Below are positions 31,718 through 41,811 of a stretch of 64,000 nt of DNA, one piece after another (position 1 is the first letter of the stretch; every line of letters starts with the position of its first letter). The notes under the pieces are model-generated. The model was given only the letters and a program-made list of their open reading frames with translations. It made no database searches and had not been told where the DNA came from. Origin of the DNA: Obrimoposthia wandeli. Lineage: Eukaryota. Where the stretch lies: the NCBI GenBank assembly GCA_977020255.1, contig CDROCS010000253.1, positions 1,922,001 to 1,986,000 of the forward strand, given 5' to 3'. Made by a program: the position numbers and the translations under genes.

Positions 31718-33997
31718 TTACTGTTTAAAGTGTCTATCAAAGAAATTCATAATCGTTTTATTCAAATGAACTTTTACTTTTTTGCCACGCATACTGTGCT
31801 TGCTGCCAGGGTAGGTCATTAACTCAAATAACTTACCTTCATCTTGTAAGGCTTTAATTAACTTTGTGGTATTGGTAAACAATACGTTGTCATCAGCCAT
31901 GCCGTGATAAACCATCATTGGGCCACTTAAACCAGCAACATAAGGAAATACGCTAGATTTATCATATCCGTCAGCATTAACGTCAGGGTGATTTAAATAT
32001 CGCTCAGTATAATGGGTATCGTAGAGCATCCAATCAGTTACTGGCGCGCCACTTACACCTGCTTTGAAATAATCACCCGCTTTGAGCATAGTCATTAAAG
32101 CCATATAACCACCATATGAGTGACCGAAAACACCAATACGTTCTTTATCAACATACGGCAGAGTTTGTAAATATTTCACACCGGCAATTTGATCGGCAAC
32201 TTCAACTTGACCAAGCCTCTCATAGATTGGGAACTCAAACGCGGTACCACGGTAATTGGAGCCACGATTATCAAGCTGATAAACAATATAACCTTGTTGT
32301 AACATGTATTGCGTGATATCAGCGCCTTGCCATTTGTTAGTGACGAGTTGTGCGTGAGGACCACCATACACTCTCACTATCACGGGATACTTTTTACCCG
32401 GTTGCATGTTTTTAGGTTTATAAAGTTTGTAGTATAAATTAGCTTGTCCATCATCAGACTTTAATGAGCCAAATTCAGGCATAACTAAATCATCATAGTA
32501 AGGTGCTACAGGGTGCTCAGGCGTCACTTTATTTTCAGCCAGCCAAGTAATATGTTCACCATTAGCGAGGTGTAAACTTACTTGCTTAGGGGTGTTAGTG
32601 TTTGAGAAACTATCAATATAACTTTCACTGGTCGCACTAAAATTGATGCTATGAAAGCCATTACGCTTGGTAATACGCTGTACATTTTCAGGTGATTTAC
32701 CGCTAAGAGGTACTTTATATAAGTGGCGTTCAAGGGGGGTATCAGCACGACCGGTAAAGTATACCCAACCATTTTTTTCATCTACACGCGTTAGTGAATC
32801 AACCACCCACTCGCCTTTAGTCAACTGTGAGATTAACTGACCCTTTAAATTGTAATGGTAAAGATGCTTGTAACCGTCACGCTCAGAAGCCCAAATAAAG
32901 CTTTTATTGTCACTTAAGAAAGTTAAATCTTTGTGTAGGTTAAGCCAATGGCTAGACTTTTCCGTTAATAAGGTCTTTTGGCGACGTTTTTTGAGATTAT
33001 AAGTTTTTAATACTAGGTTTTTTTGGTCACGAGTTTGTAACTGATAAGATAGGTTTTTACTATCACTCAGCCATTTTACCCGTGGGATATAAATATCTTT
33101 GTTATCACCTAAATCAACAAAACGAATCTTTTTGCCTTTAATATCGGTAACCGCTAATTGAATATGAACATTATTAGTCCCCGTCGCCGGGTAACGTTGT
33201 TCAATTAGTTCAATTTTTTCAGCGTAAATTTCGTTACGAATAACGATTTTTACTGGGGTTTCATCAACCCGTAAAAAAGCAATGTGTTTCTCATTTGGCG
33301 ACCACCAATAACCCGTCATACGGGCCATTTCTTCTTGAGCAACAAATTCACTCATACCATTTTTAATCGGGCCAGCACCATCGGTGGTTAGTTGGCGTTC
33401 TTCACCTGAAGCGATAGTTAATACATAGATATTTTGTTCACGAATATATGAAACAAAATTACCCTTAGGTGAAAATTTAACATCTGTTTCAAAACCGACT
33501 GTTTCGGTTAAGCGTTTAGCTGTTTTAGTCGCTAAATGGTAATAATAAATATCACCATTTAGCGGGAATAATAATGCGCTGCCATCTTGTGAAAATTGGT
33601 ATTCCATAATGCCAACACCGTAGATACGTTGGCGTTCACGACGGGCTTTCTCTTCATCAGATAAGTTCTCTGGGCCACTAAACAGTGACTGAGAGTCAAC
33701 CAGTAGCTTATTTTCTTTACTGGCTAAATTGTATTCCCACAAATCGTAACGATGTAAGTCTTCCGCTTTACCTTGCAGATAAGTTACCCGTGTTCCGTCA
33801 GGGGAAAATTTTAGTGACTTGGGTGTTTGACCATTAAGAGAAGGCGAACTATAAATGCGCTCAATGGTTAATTGTTCTGTATTTTTCGCAACGGCTGGTG
33901 TTTGTGCATTTTCATCACTTGCGTTTGCATTTAGCGGTAATACTAATGAGCAAGCAAGGACAATAAGTGCTTTTTTAACAGTAAATTTCATAGGCAA
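31718..33997 (-). CDS. Dipeptidyl-peptidase IV-like S9B serine peptidase, exported
   Basis: Signal peptide, propeller FVAQEE..R.TGYWWSP, catalytic GHSYGG, DDNV, KH. Confidence 0.93.
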   Translation of the reverse strand: MPMKFTVKKALIVLACSLVLPLNANASDENAQTPAVAKNTEQLTIERIYSSPSLNGQTPKSLKFSPDGTRVTYLQGKAEDLHRYDLWEYNLASKENKLLVDSQSLFSGPENLSDEEKARRERQRIYGVGIMEYQFSQDGSALLFPLNGDIYYYHLATKTAKRLTETVGFETDVKFSPKGNFVSYIREQNIYVLTIASGEERQLTTDGAGPIKNGMSEFVAQEEMARMTGYWWSPNEKHIAFLRVDETPVKIVIRNEIYAEKIELIEQRYPATGTNNVHIQLAVTDIKGKKIRFVDLGDNKDIYIPRVKWLSDSKNLSYQLQTRDQKNLVLKTYNLKKRRQKTLLTEKSSHWLNLHKDLTFLSDNKSFIWASERDGYKHLYHYNLKGQLISQLTKGEWVVDSLTRVDEKNGWVYFTGRADTPLERHLYKVPLSGKSPENVQRITKRNGFHSINFSATSESYIDSFSNTNTPKQVSLHLANGEHITWLAENKVTPEHPVAPYYDDLVMPEFGSLKSDDGQANLYYKLYKPKNMQPGKKYPVIVRVYGGPHAQLVTNKWQGADITQYMLQQGYIVYQLDNRGSNYRGTAFEFPIYERLGQVEVADQIAGVKYLQTLPYVDKERIGVFGHSYGGYMALMTMLKAGDYFKAGVSGAPVTDWMLYDTHYTERYLNHPDVNADGYDKSSVFPYVAGLSGPMMVYHGMADDNVLFTNTTKLIKALQDEGKLFELMTYPGSKHSMRGKKVKVHLNKTIMNFFDRHFKQ

Positions 33998-34298
33998 ATT
34001 ATCTTATTAAGTTATTTTATTTGTTTGTGTATACCCATGACGTAACATGGATATACATAGATGGTTGTTTACGTTGTGCTTATGACGTCCATGCCAATGC
34101 TTTTAGCTCGAGCGCTTTAGCAAGCACATTTTAGTTAACATGGCTTTGTTAAACTAGCGCAGCGATAGAAAAAGGGCCAATATTTTGTGCAGACATTGTC
34201 TTTAAAACTTGAATTGAGTGCAAGTTTTACTCCTAAAAATATCTTTATAATGTGCAATTTAGGTCAGTTAAACTGCACAATAATGAAATGTTTGGTTG

Positions 34299-35687
34299 CT
34301 ATTTTATTAGTTCAAGAAGCTCATGTATGGTTTTTACTGCCTTGATATTAGCACCTAAGCCTTCCATCGATTTATGATAATTTCGATAAGGAATATAAAT
34401 CTCAGTGAAGCCATGCTGCGCAGCTTCTTTAACGCGAGGCACACCGCTATCTATTGGTCTAACATCACCGTTTAAACTCAATTCACCCATAATGCAGGTA
34501 TTACGCGGTATAACAAAATCGTTCAGACTGCTTAATAATGCTGATACCAAGGCTAGATCGATACAAGTTTCAGACTCATCAATTCTTAGACCACCAACAA
34601 TATTAAAAAAGGTATCATGAAATATTTTAGTTTTGGTGTGTTTACGTAATATTCCCGTTAACATTTTAATTCTGTTCATGTTCAAACCGACACAAACGCG
34701 TTGTGGAAACTCAGCCTCGGTCTCTGTGGTCAAACATTGAATTTCTAATAGCAGGTTTCTATTACCCTTGCGGATACAAGTAATTGTCGAGCCTGGCGAT
34801 TCTGTGCTAGAGCCAGATAAAAATATCTCACTTGGGTTATCAACACTAAGCATACCGCGTTCACACATTTTGAAAATACCGACGGTGTCGATATCACCAA
34901 AACGGTTTTTGTTCGCTCTAAGGGTACGAATTTGACCGTCATTAGTATCAATATGTAAAAGGGCATCAACGATATGTACTAGCGTTTGTGGGCCAGCAAT
35001 TTCATTGTTTTTATTTACATGGGCAATAATAAACATGGTGACGTTGTTCTGTTTACAGTATTGCGTGAGTAACTGTGCGCCGCTTTTTACTTGTGAAGGT
35101 GAACCAGGGCTACCATTAGCATTCTCAGTCACTACCGCTTGAATAGAGTCAATTACCGCAAATTTAATTTTGTTTTTTTCTAGCTCTTCAATGATTGCCT
35201 CAACACTGGTTTCGGCTAATAAATAAAGGTTATTCTCGTCATAATCTAATTTTAATCGGTGTACGCGGTTTTTGAACTGAGAAAGTGATTCTTCAGCCGT
35301 ACAATAGAGCGAGGCCGTAGTTTTTGACATTCTAGCGATTAGATCGGAAAGTAGCGTTGTTTTACCTGCACCGGGATCACCAGAAATAATATTCACTGAG
35401 CCCGTTGTTACACCGCCACATAAAACACGATCTAGTTCGCCTATACCGGTTAATCTTTTTTCTGCGTCAGTAGATTCTATCTCGTTAATTTTTTTAGATC
35501 CGCCACCGGTTAAGCCCGCATAGCCGCCAGTATTTGCTGTACGAGTAACTGCGCTTTTACTTGCTACCTTGGATATCTTCATTTCTACCAAGGTATTCCA
35601 TGCTCCACAACGGCATTGTCCTTGCCAGCGGGTGTGATTCATACCACAATCTGTGCATACAAATTCGATTTTTGCTGCTTTTGCCAT
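34299..35687 (-). CDS. radA: DNA repair protein RadA (Sms)
   Basis: N-terminal Zn finger, Walker A GDPGAGKT, KNRFG motif, Lon-like C-terminus GELSLNGDVRP. Canonical radA-PilZ-serB context. Confidence 0.92.
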   Translation of the reverse strand: MAKAAKIEFVCTDCGMNHTRWQGQCRCGAWNTLVEMKISKVASKSAVTRTANTGGYAGLTGGGSKKINEIESTDAEKRLTGIGELDRVLCGGVTTGSVNIISGDPGAGKTTLLSDLIARMSKTTASLYCTAEESLSQFKNRVHRLKLDYDENNLYLLAETSVEAIIEELEKNKIKFAVIDSIQAVVTENANGSPGSPSQVKSGAQLLTQYCKQNNVTMFIIAHVNKNNEIAGPQTLVHIVDALLHIDTNDGQIRTLRANKNRFGDIDTVGIFKMCERGMLSVDNPSEIFLSGSSTESPGSTITCIRKGNRNLLLEIQCLTTETEAEFPQRVCVGLNMNRIKMLTGILRKHTKTKIFHDTFFNIVGGLRIDESETCIDLALVSALLSSLNDFVIPRNTCIMGELSLNGDVRPIDSGVPRVKEAAQHGFTEIYIPYRNYHKSMEGLGANIKAVKTIHELLELIK

Positions 35688-36005
35688 TTAGATTTTACCT
35701 ATTTTGAAACGATAATATGACTGTAATAAGAGTCATATTATCGAACAATATTATGTTAATTAAACTATTCATTAAGTTAATTATAGCGCTATCAATAAAA
35801 AAAAATAAGACAAAAAAATAACCTTGATTGAGTAGGATTACTGAGAGGCATAGAAATTGCTTGGTTTTTAATGATAAAGTCGGTTAGATTATAATGATTC
35901 TGAATTTTTGTCTAAGCTAAAATAACGATAAAAACTTCTAACCTAACACCAGCGCTATAATTAGTCGTTAAAACACTTGGTAAAGCAGAAGTAAATAATA
36001 AAACT

Positions 36006-38468
36006 ATGAATAACGATTTCAGCAAACACCATAAAATCATTAACAATTTTCGTGGTGAGGTAAACAAAGGAAGCTTTGAAGCTAATTATAGTGCGGTAAC
36101 TGAGCACCTTAATAAAACTGAAAAATTTTTATTAAAAATGGAATTGAAACGCTTAGCAGGCGCTTGTGCGCGTTCCATTGATTTACGTGGTTTAGTTAAT
36201 GGTGAGTGTCAGTTATTTGACTTTGAAGGTCAAACCCACTTTTTGGATGACGTTGCTATTACTACCTTCAAAGAAAATGTGGCCATTTACGGTGGTTATA
36301 CTTTTGGTGTTTATGAATTAGTTAAAAATGCTAAAAATAGTTTTCGTAATATTTATCAAAATGAACAGGTTACACCTATTGCCGTAGAGAGTATCAAGAA
36401 TAATAATAAATCAGGAACAGAAAAACTCCAATACCCAGCCAAACTAAACCTCTTAGCAAACTACCCCAACCGCTCTGAAGAACGAATGAACTTTGCTATT
36501 CCTATCACGTTAACGGTAGTGAATAAGCAACAGTTAGTGACAACCAGTATTGATTTGAGTGTTAAGGGCATCAAGTTCAAATTAATTAATGAAATTCCTT
36601 TATTTAAAGGTGATCAATTAAGCATTGCCTTTACTGGTTTAGAGCAAGAATTTCAATTTAGTAAAGATGGCTTTATTTCTTTTGAAGTTAAAAACGTTCT
36701 ACGTGACTCGGGGACTCAGCTTATAGGCTGTCAGCGTATAGGTATACCTGAAAATGATGGCTTCAAGCGATTCTTAGAGGGTTATATCCAAGGAAATAAA
36801 CGTCGTTATAAAGTTAACTTAGATAATAGTTTAGCGGCATTACAGGCGAGAAGCCTTGAACAGTACGCATTAGTTAAATTAAATGAATTGGTTATATTCA
36901 TGCATTCAGTTAATGCTAATACGGTTAAAATTTTGCCTCGCTATGCGCTAACTACCAGAAACAATCAAAAGCTATACCAATATTGGCGAGATGAAAAAAA
37001 GCGTTCAGCATTACATTACCTTATTAATGCAGAGCGACTAGAACGTCTAAATATTTTACAACAGCAAGGTAAGAGCTTATTAGTTTTTAGTTTTATTCAT
37101 CAACATAAAGGCGATAAGTTTTTCTATACAGTAGATGAAGAGCAACTTAAGCATGATAATGCTTTTTTTCTGCAGTTTTTAGCTTTTGCAGCCAGTAAAA
37201 CTACCTTTGCCATAACGGCGTTAAAATCGCAGGCGATAAATCCAGGACAAGCTTATTCGCCTTTTACTTTATCTACGGCTCTGACTAAGCAGCAAAACTA
37301 TTTAAATCCGCCATTAACTGATGAAGTGAATGATATTCTTGCGCATTTACCTTGTGCAATAATTGCCACTGATGTTACCAATACCAGTGAAATCAGTGAT
37401 TATCAAGCACTGGGTTGTGAAGGTATCGATCTTGAGCGGCTTAAAAGTTTTGGTCATAAATATAGTGAAAATCGCGTTGATGAAATAACGCTAGGTTATG
37501 GTCACCAACGTCAAGAAGTACGCTTTAAATACCAGACCCCTGCCATTATTGAATGCGAAGCCTTAAGTTGGTCAGGACAGTCGGCAGATTTTTCTGTTTC
37601 TGGACTGAAAATTGACTTAGAAAATCCTGCTACTTTATCTAAAGGTGATATCGTCCACTTAAGCTTTCCTAAATTACAGAAAATAACTTCAGCTTTCGAT
37701 TTAAAGCAATTGCCTTATAAGGTCGTGAGGACCAGTAAAGATAAAACAGTGATCAATTTACGTGTGTCCGTTAAAGAACATCAACATATAGGTCGGTCAT
37801 TTTTCAAGTTATTAATTGATAAGAACAAAAATAAATTAACCCCTGATGAATATGCCATGTTAACACCTGGTTTATCAGCAGCGTTAAGAACTTTATATGC
37901 TGTTAATATGGCAATACCTACTGCTATGGTGCAATCCAGTGGCAGTCGCTATAAACTAGAAAAATTAGTCGTAGGGAAACACGGCTATCAAAGTGATAAA
38001 AACTTATTATCAGCGATGTTACAGTTAAGTGATCGACATGGTTATTATAATTTATATCCCTTTTTAGGTAATTTTCAGGTCAGTAATTTAGTTGACCAAC
38101 ACATGAAAAAATTATTGGCAAGTGATACTGCAGTCAGTGAGCTTATCTATATTGCTATAAATCCAAGAATTACCGATGTAGAAAAATCGGTAACGATAAA
38201 GCACGTGAGTGAGTTAAATACACCACAAATGAGAAACATTTTTATTAAAAAATCTTTAAAACAAGGTGATTTTTATAGTCTGGAATTGAAACTGTCGCGT
38301 AGTGATGAAGCTCATATGGAGCATTTAAATCCAGAACTTGCGTATATAGGCTCTTATGCCATACATCGTGGTAAACAACTGGAGCAAGATATATATAGTG
38401 TTGCGGGGTTAATCCAGCTAATTGATGTCACACAAGAAACGTTATTAAGATATGAACTGAGCAGCTAG
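36006..38468 (+). CDS. Tandem PilZ-domain c-di-GMP effector (Vibrio PlzC-like position)
   Basis: Two RxxxR plus D/NxSxxG pairs (RSEER..DLSVKG; RQEVR..DFSVSG). Lies between radA and serB. Confidence 0.85.
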   Translation: MNNDFSKHHKIINNFRGEVNKGSFEANYSAVTEHLNKTEKFLLKMELKRLAGACARSIDLRGLVNGECQLFDFEGQTHFLDDVAITTFKENVAIYGGYTFGVYELVKNAKNSFRNIYQNEQVTPIAVESIKNNNKSGTEKLQYPAKLNLLANYPNRSEERMNFAIPITLTVVNKQQLVTTSIDLSVKGIKFKLINEIPLFKGDQLSIAFTGLEQEFQFSKDGFISFEVKNVLRDSGTQLIGCQRIGIPENDGFKRFLEGYIQGNKRRYKVNLDNSLAALQARSLEQYALVKLNELVIFMHSVNANTVKILPRYALTTRNNQKLYQYWRDEKKRSALHYLINAERLERLNILQQQGKSLLVFSFIHQHKGDKFFYTVDEEQLKHDNAFFLQFLAFAASKTTFAITALKSQAINPGQAYSPFTLSTALTKQQNYLNPPLTDEVNDILAHLPCAIIATDVTNTSEISDYQALGCEGIDLERLKSFGHKYSENRVDEITLGYGHQRQEVRFKYQTPAIIECEALSWSGQSADFSVSGLKIDLENPATLSKGDIVHLSFPKLQKITSAFDLKQLPYKVVRTSKDKTVINLRVSVKEHQHIGRSFFKLLIDKNKNKLTPDEYAMLTPGLSAALRTLYAVNMAIPTAMVQSSGSRYKLEKLVVGKHGYQSDKNLLSAMLQLSDRHGYYNLYPFLGNFQVSNLVDQHMKKLLASDTAVSELIYIAINPRITDVEKSVTIKHVSELNTPQMRNIFIKKSLKQGDFYSLELKLSRSDEAHMEHLNPELAYIGSYAIHRGKQLEQDIYSVAGLIQLIDVTQETLLRYELSS

Positions 38469-38502
38469 TGTAATGGATCTAAAAAAGCCTAATCCCGATA
38501 GC

Positions 38503-38791
38503 TATACCCGTTACCATTCAAGATACAGGTTTCAGAGTGCTTGAGCAATTTCAATTCAAGGCGCTGTGATGAAATAATGGTTGTTCAGGAGAATGTGCAT
38601 TCTCTAATAAGTCATCAGCGTCCTTATACGCATGAAGTGATGTTGTTCAAGCGCTTCTTTGATGGGTTTAAAATCACTTTATACTGCGTTAAATAATCAA
38701 ACCATAGAATGACTATGCTTAAATTATTTGCCTTGCCTAAAGTGGTTTTAATTCCCACTGAAACCCTGCACTTTGATTGGTAACGGGTATA
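38503..38791. mobile_element. 289-bp non-autonomous MITE-like element
   Basis: Perfect 14-bp TIR TATACCCGTTACCA...TGGTAACGGGTATA. No coding capacity seen. Related ends elsewhere in the window. Confidence 0.82.
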
Positions 38792-38853
38792 TTGTAGGTT
38801 GGGTTTAGGCTTTGATAATATTTAGGCTTTGAAACGGTTAAATAAAACGTTAG

Positions 38854-39864
38854 TTACGCTAACCAGTGTAACAAGCAATCTAAACCTTGCACATTTATGC
38901 TGCTATCAGCTTGAGCCAATACGATAGGTTTAGCATGAAAAGCCACACCAAAACTTGCCGCAGCCATCATGACTAAATCATTAGCACCATCGCCCATGGC
39001 AACGGTTTGGTTTGCTGGTATTTGATATTCTTTACTTAAAATAGCTAAAGAATCCGCCTTTACTTGCGCATCGACCACACTACCTAATACTTTACCGGTA
39101 AGCTTACCATCAATAATTTCAAGCGTGTTGGCAAAAGCAGCATCCAATTTTAACGTTTCTTTTAGATGATCAGCAAAATAAGTAAAACCACCCGAAGCGA
39201 TAGCAATGCGCCAGTTATGCTTTTTTAGCTCTGTAATTAGTGGCTTTAATCCGGCCATTAATGGAATGTTTTTGGCTACATCACTTAATATACTTTCTGG
39301 TGAATCCACTAATGTCGCCACACGTTGATGTAAACTTTGGGCAAAATCGAGTTCACCTAACATGGCGCGCTCTGTTACTTCTGCAACTTCTTCGCCAACA
39401 CCGGCTAGCTTCGCTATTTCATCAATACACTCAATCTCTATCGTGGTTGAGTCCATATCCATAACCAATAAACCAGGCATGCTTAATGTAGGTACTTGCG
39501 TTAATAAGGCGGCTTCAATGCTATTTGCAAGTGCAAAGTCAGCCAATGCCTTACGTGCTTTGATAAAGTCAGTGCAATTAACTTGAAAGCGACAACTTGT
39601 TTGATTATTACGGTGATTAATCATGGTCAGTGCGGTGATTTCAAGCTGGGCATAGTTTTGCAGCGCTAGTAGTTGCGATAGGGGAAGCTGTTGGAATACG
39701 ACCAGCTCTATTTGCTTTGCTGTTATTGATTCAAGCAGAGTGGTGTTACCTAAGGTAAGCTCTTGTTCAGACAAGCTAAAGACGACAGGTAATTGACCAT
39801 CTTTTAAATTTTTGGCTAAATACTGTTCAAGCGATAGGGGTAATATGGTGGTAATAAAAGACAC
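38854..39864 (-). CDS. serB: Phosphoserine phosphatase
   Basis: HAD motifs DMDST, SGGF, K, GDGANDL. Confidence 0.96.
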   Translation of the reverse strand: MSFITTILPLSLEQYLAKNLKDGQLPVVFSLSEQELTLGNTTLLESITAKQIELVVFQQLPLSQLLALQNYAQLEITALTMINHRNNQTSCRFQVNCTDFIKARKALADFALANSIEAALLTQVPTLSMPGLLVMDMDSTTIEIECIDEIAKLAGVGEEVAEVTERAMLGELDFAQSLHQRVATLVDSPESILSDVAKNIPLMAGLKPLITELKKHNWRIAIASGGFTYFADHLKETLKLDAAFANTLEIIDGKLTGKVLGSVVDAQVKADSLAILSKEYQIPANQTVAMGDGANDLVMMAAASFGVAFHAKPIVLAQADSSINVQGLDCLLHWLA

Positions 39865-39967
39865 GTTAACTCTCTAGGGTATGTGATAAAAATAATAAAC
39901 TTCACATCAGTTAATAATCTAACTATAGTGACACTATTGATGCGCTAAAACAGTCACCAGTGTTCTT

Positions 39968-40660
39968 ATGAAGCAAGCCGAACAGCCTTTATACCCTAAA
40001 TTATCGTCGATTTATAATAAAATCCTGCAATTAGCTAGTGCAATTTTGCTTATCATAGTACTGATGGGGATCTTGCAGTCTACCGGAGATAAAAATACCG
40101 ATAACTTAACGGCACATTTTAATTACATTGCTAAGCAGCAACTTCAACAGGCCATTGCGGGTGTTGCGGTTATTCTTGAGCAATCACACGAAAGTAAAGT
40201 TGACCAAGACACGTTTTTGCAGCATTACCTCGATGGTTTAACAAAAGTTAACTTTGTGAAACAAGCGCATTTATATGATGCTACGGGGTTATTATTAGTA
40301 TCGAGTACTTCGGTGGAAAAAGATCTCCAAGGCAATGATCTTACTGCAGCAAATGCCAAGAGTATTAATGACCTTTACGGTATTTCTCCACATCAACGTA
40401 ACTTAACAGATACCTTAACGCCTTTTGTTGAAGAAATAAGGTATACCGACTCAAGTAGCTATAAACTTCATGGTTACCTTCGATTTACCATAGAACAATC
40501 TTATTTAACCAATATTTTAGCTAAAGCGGATGAAGATCAGCAGTCTTTACAGCGCTTAATGTTGTTATTAGCTGGTGTGGTAGGCTTTTTACTTACTCGT
40601 GGTTTAAACCGCTTTAGTAGGCGCGGGTATCGTTTAGATTCTGAGGCTAAAAAGGTCTAA
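39968..40660 (+). CDS. AhpA/YtjB (Smp)-family membrane protein
   Basis: Two TM helices flanking a periplasmic domain, PFVEEI...GYLRFT, LMLLLAG.VGFLLTR. Divergent from serB, as for E. coli ytjB. Confidence 0.8.
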   Translation: MKQAEQPLYPKLSSIYNKILQLASAILLIIVLMGILQSTGDKNTDNLTAHFNYIAKQQLQQAIAGVAVILEQSHESKVDQDTFLQHYLDGLTKVNFVKQAHLYDATGLLLVSSTSVEKDLQGNDLTAANAKSINDLYGISPHQRNLTDTLTPFVEEIRYTDSSSYKLHGYLRFTIEQSYLTNILAKADEDQQSLQRLMLLLAGVVGFLLTRGLNRFSRRGYRLDSEAKKV

Positions 40661-40688
40661 TACCAAATAAATTAGTTCGATTGGTATA
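40659..40688. repeat. 30-bp TA-TACCAA...TTGGTA-TA mini-element at the ytjB-like stop codon
   Basis: AATACCAA-ataaattagttcga-TTGGTATA. Same ends as the 60553 element. Confidence 0.45.
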
Positions 40689-40699
40689 ATAGATTTCAT

Positions 40700-41617
40700 T
40701 TAAGTGAAAAATACCTGATTGATGTTATGTTCAAGCTGATTTGCTATTTCCTCTGAGCTTTCAGGGCGTATAGTTGATAACACCTCAAAAATTTTGATTA
40801 GGTTTACTGGAGAATTAGCAGGAGAACTCGCCAGCGCCTCAAGCCTTTCTTGTTCTGTATTCTCATTATTCGTCAGTACTTCTTCACCTATTACTTCTCG
40901 ACTTAACGGCATCGATGGCGCATCAGTTTCTAAGACTAAACTTTCTAAGGGCAGGCGCTTGAGGGTATTTATAGTTTTTTTAGCGCGAGAATAAGTGATA
41001 GTACTACCTACGCCGAGTTTAAAGCCTAAATCAATATAACCAATAGCTTGTTGGTAACTGCCGGAGAAGCCATGAATAATTCCTGCTCTATCTAATTTAT
41101 ACCGCTTCAAAAAAGGCATGATCTTATCGTGCGATTGTCTGTGATGGACTATTATTGGTAGGTCTTGTTGTTTAGCTAAGTTGAGTTGAAAATCAAAAAA
41201 ATGTTGCTGATGATGTAAATTATCTTCAGGTGTTTGCCCGTGATTAACTGCCTGCTTGGCAATAGTTCCATCAATACCAATTTCACCAATGGCGATTATT
41301 TTATCTCGGGCTTGAGTAACGCAGTCGCTTAATTTTTCTAGATGAGAGTCATCTAACCCTTCTAAAAACCACGGATGAATACCTAAACAAGGATAAATAT
41401 TAATAGGCTTATCTGTTTGGAGCACTTTTATGGCACCGTTAAAGTTACTAGAGTAACGCTTGGCTAGATCGAGTACTTGAGTAAAGTTATCAGGCGATAT
41501 AGAGGGAACAATTATACGGTTAATTGAGAGGTGCTGGCATTGCGCTAACAGTAAAAGCAGTTGCTCACTAAAGGCAATATCATCAAGGTGGCAATGGCTA
41601 TCGGTAAACTGCATCAC
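40700..41617 (-). CDS. TatD-family metal-dependent nuclease (YjjV-like)
   Basis: DSHCHL, LGIHPW, AIGEIG, HGFSGS, VLETDAP. Confidence 0.93.
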   Translation of the reverse strand: MMQFTDSHCHLDDIAFSEQLLLLLAQCQHLSINRIIVPSISPDNFTQVLDLAKRYSSNFNGAIKVLQTDKPINIYPCLGIHPWFLEGLDDSHLEKLSDCVTQARDKIIAIGEIGIDGTIAKQAVNHGQTPEDNLHHQQHFFDFQLNLAKQQDLPIIVHHRQSHDKIMPFLKRYKLDRAGIIHGFSGSYQQAIGYIDLGFKLGVGSTITYSRAKKTINTLKRLPLESLVLETDAPSMPLSREVIGEEVLTNNENTEQERLEALASSPANSPVNLIKIFEVLSTIRPESSEEIANQLEHNINQVFFT

Positions 41618-41748
41618 TGCCTCCTTGATTATTTATTATTGAGCTTTAAATATGAACATTTACATCGAGTATGACGAAGAGAGTAATGGTGAAAAAATAT
41701 TTATAATAATCTTAATTTATATCTAGTTAGCGTAAGTGAAAGAAAAAA

Positions 41749-41777
41749 GCACCGAGCTGACGGTAGTCAGTGAGTAT
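41749..41777 (-). repeat. 29-bp hairpin repeat, copy 2
   Basis: Reverse complement ATACTCACTGAC-tacc-GTCAGCTCGGTGC. Confidence 0.82.
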
Positions 41778-41811
41778 TTTTGACGCATCAATTACGCTAA
41801 GTAGGACTAAA

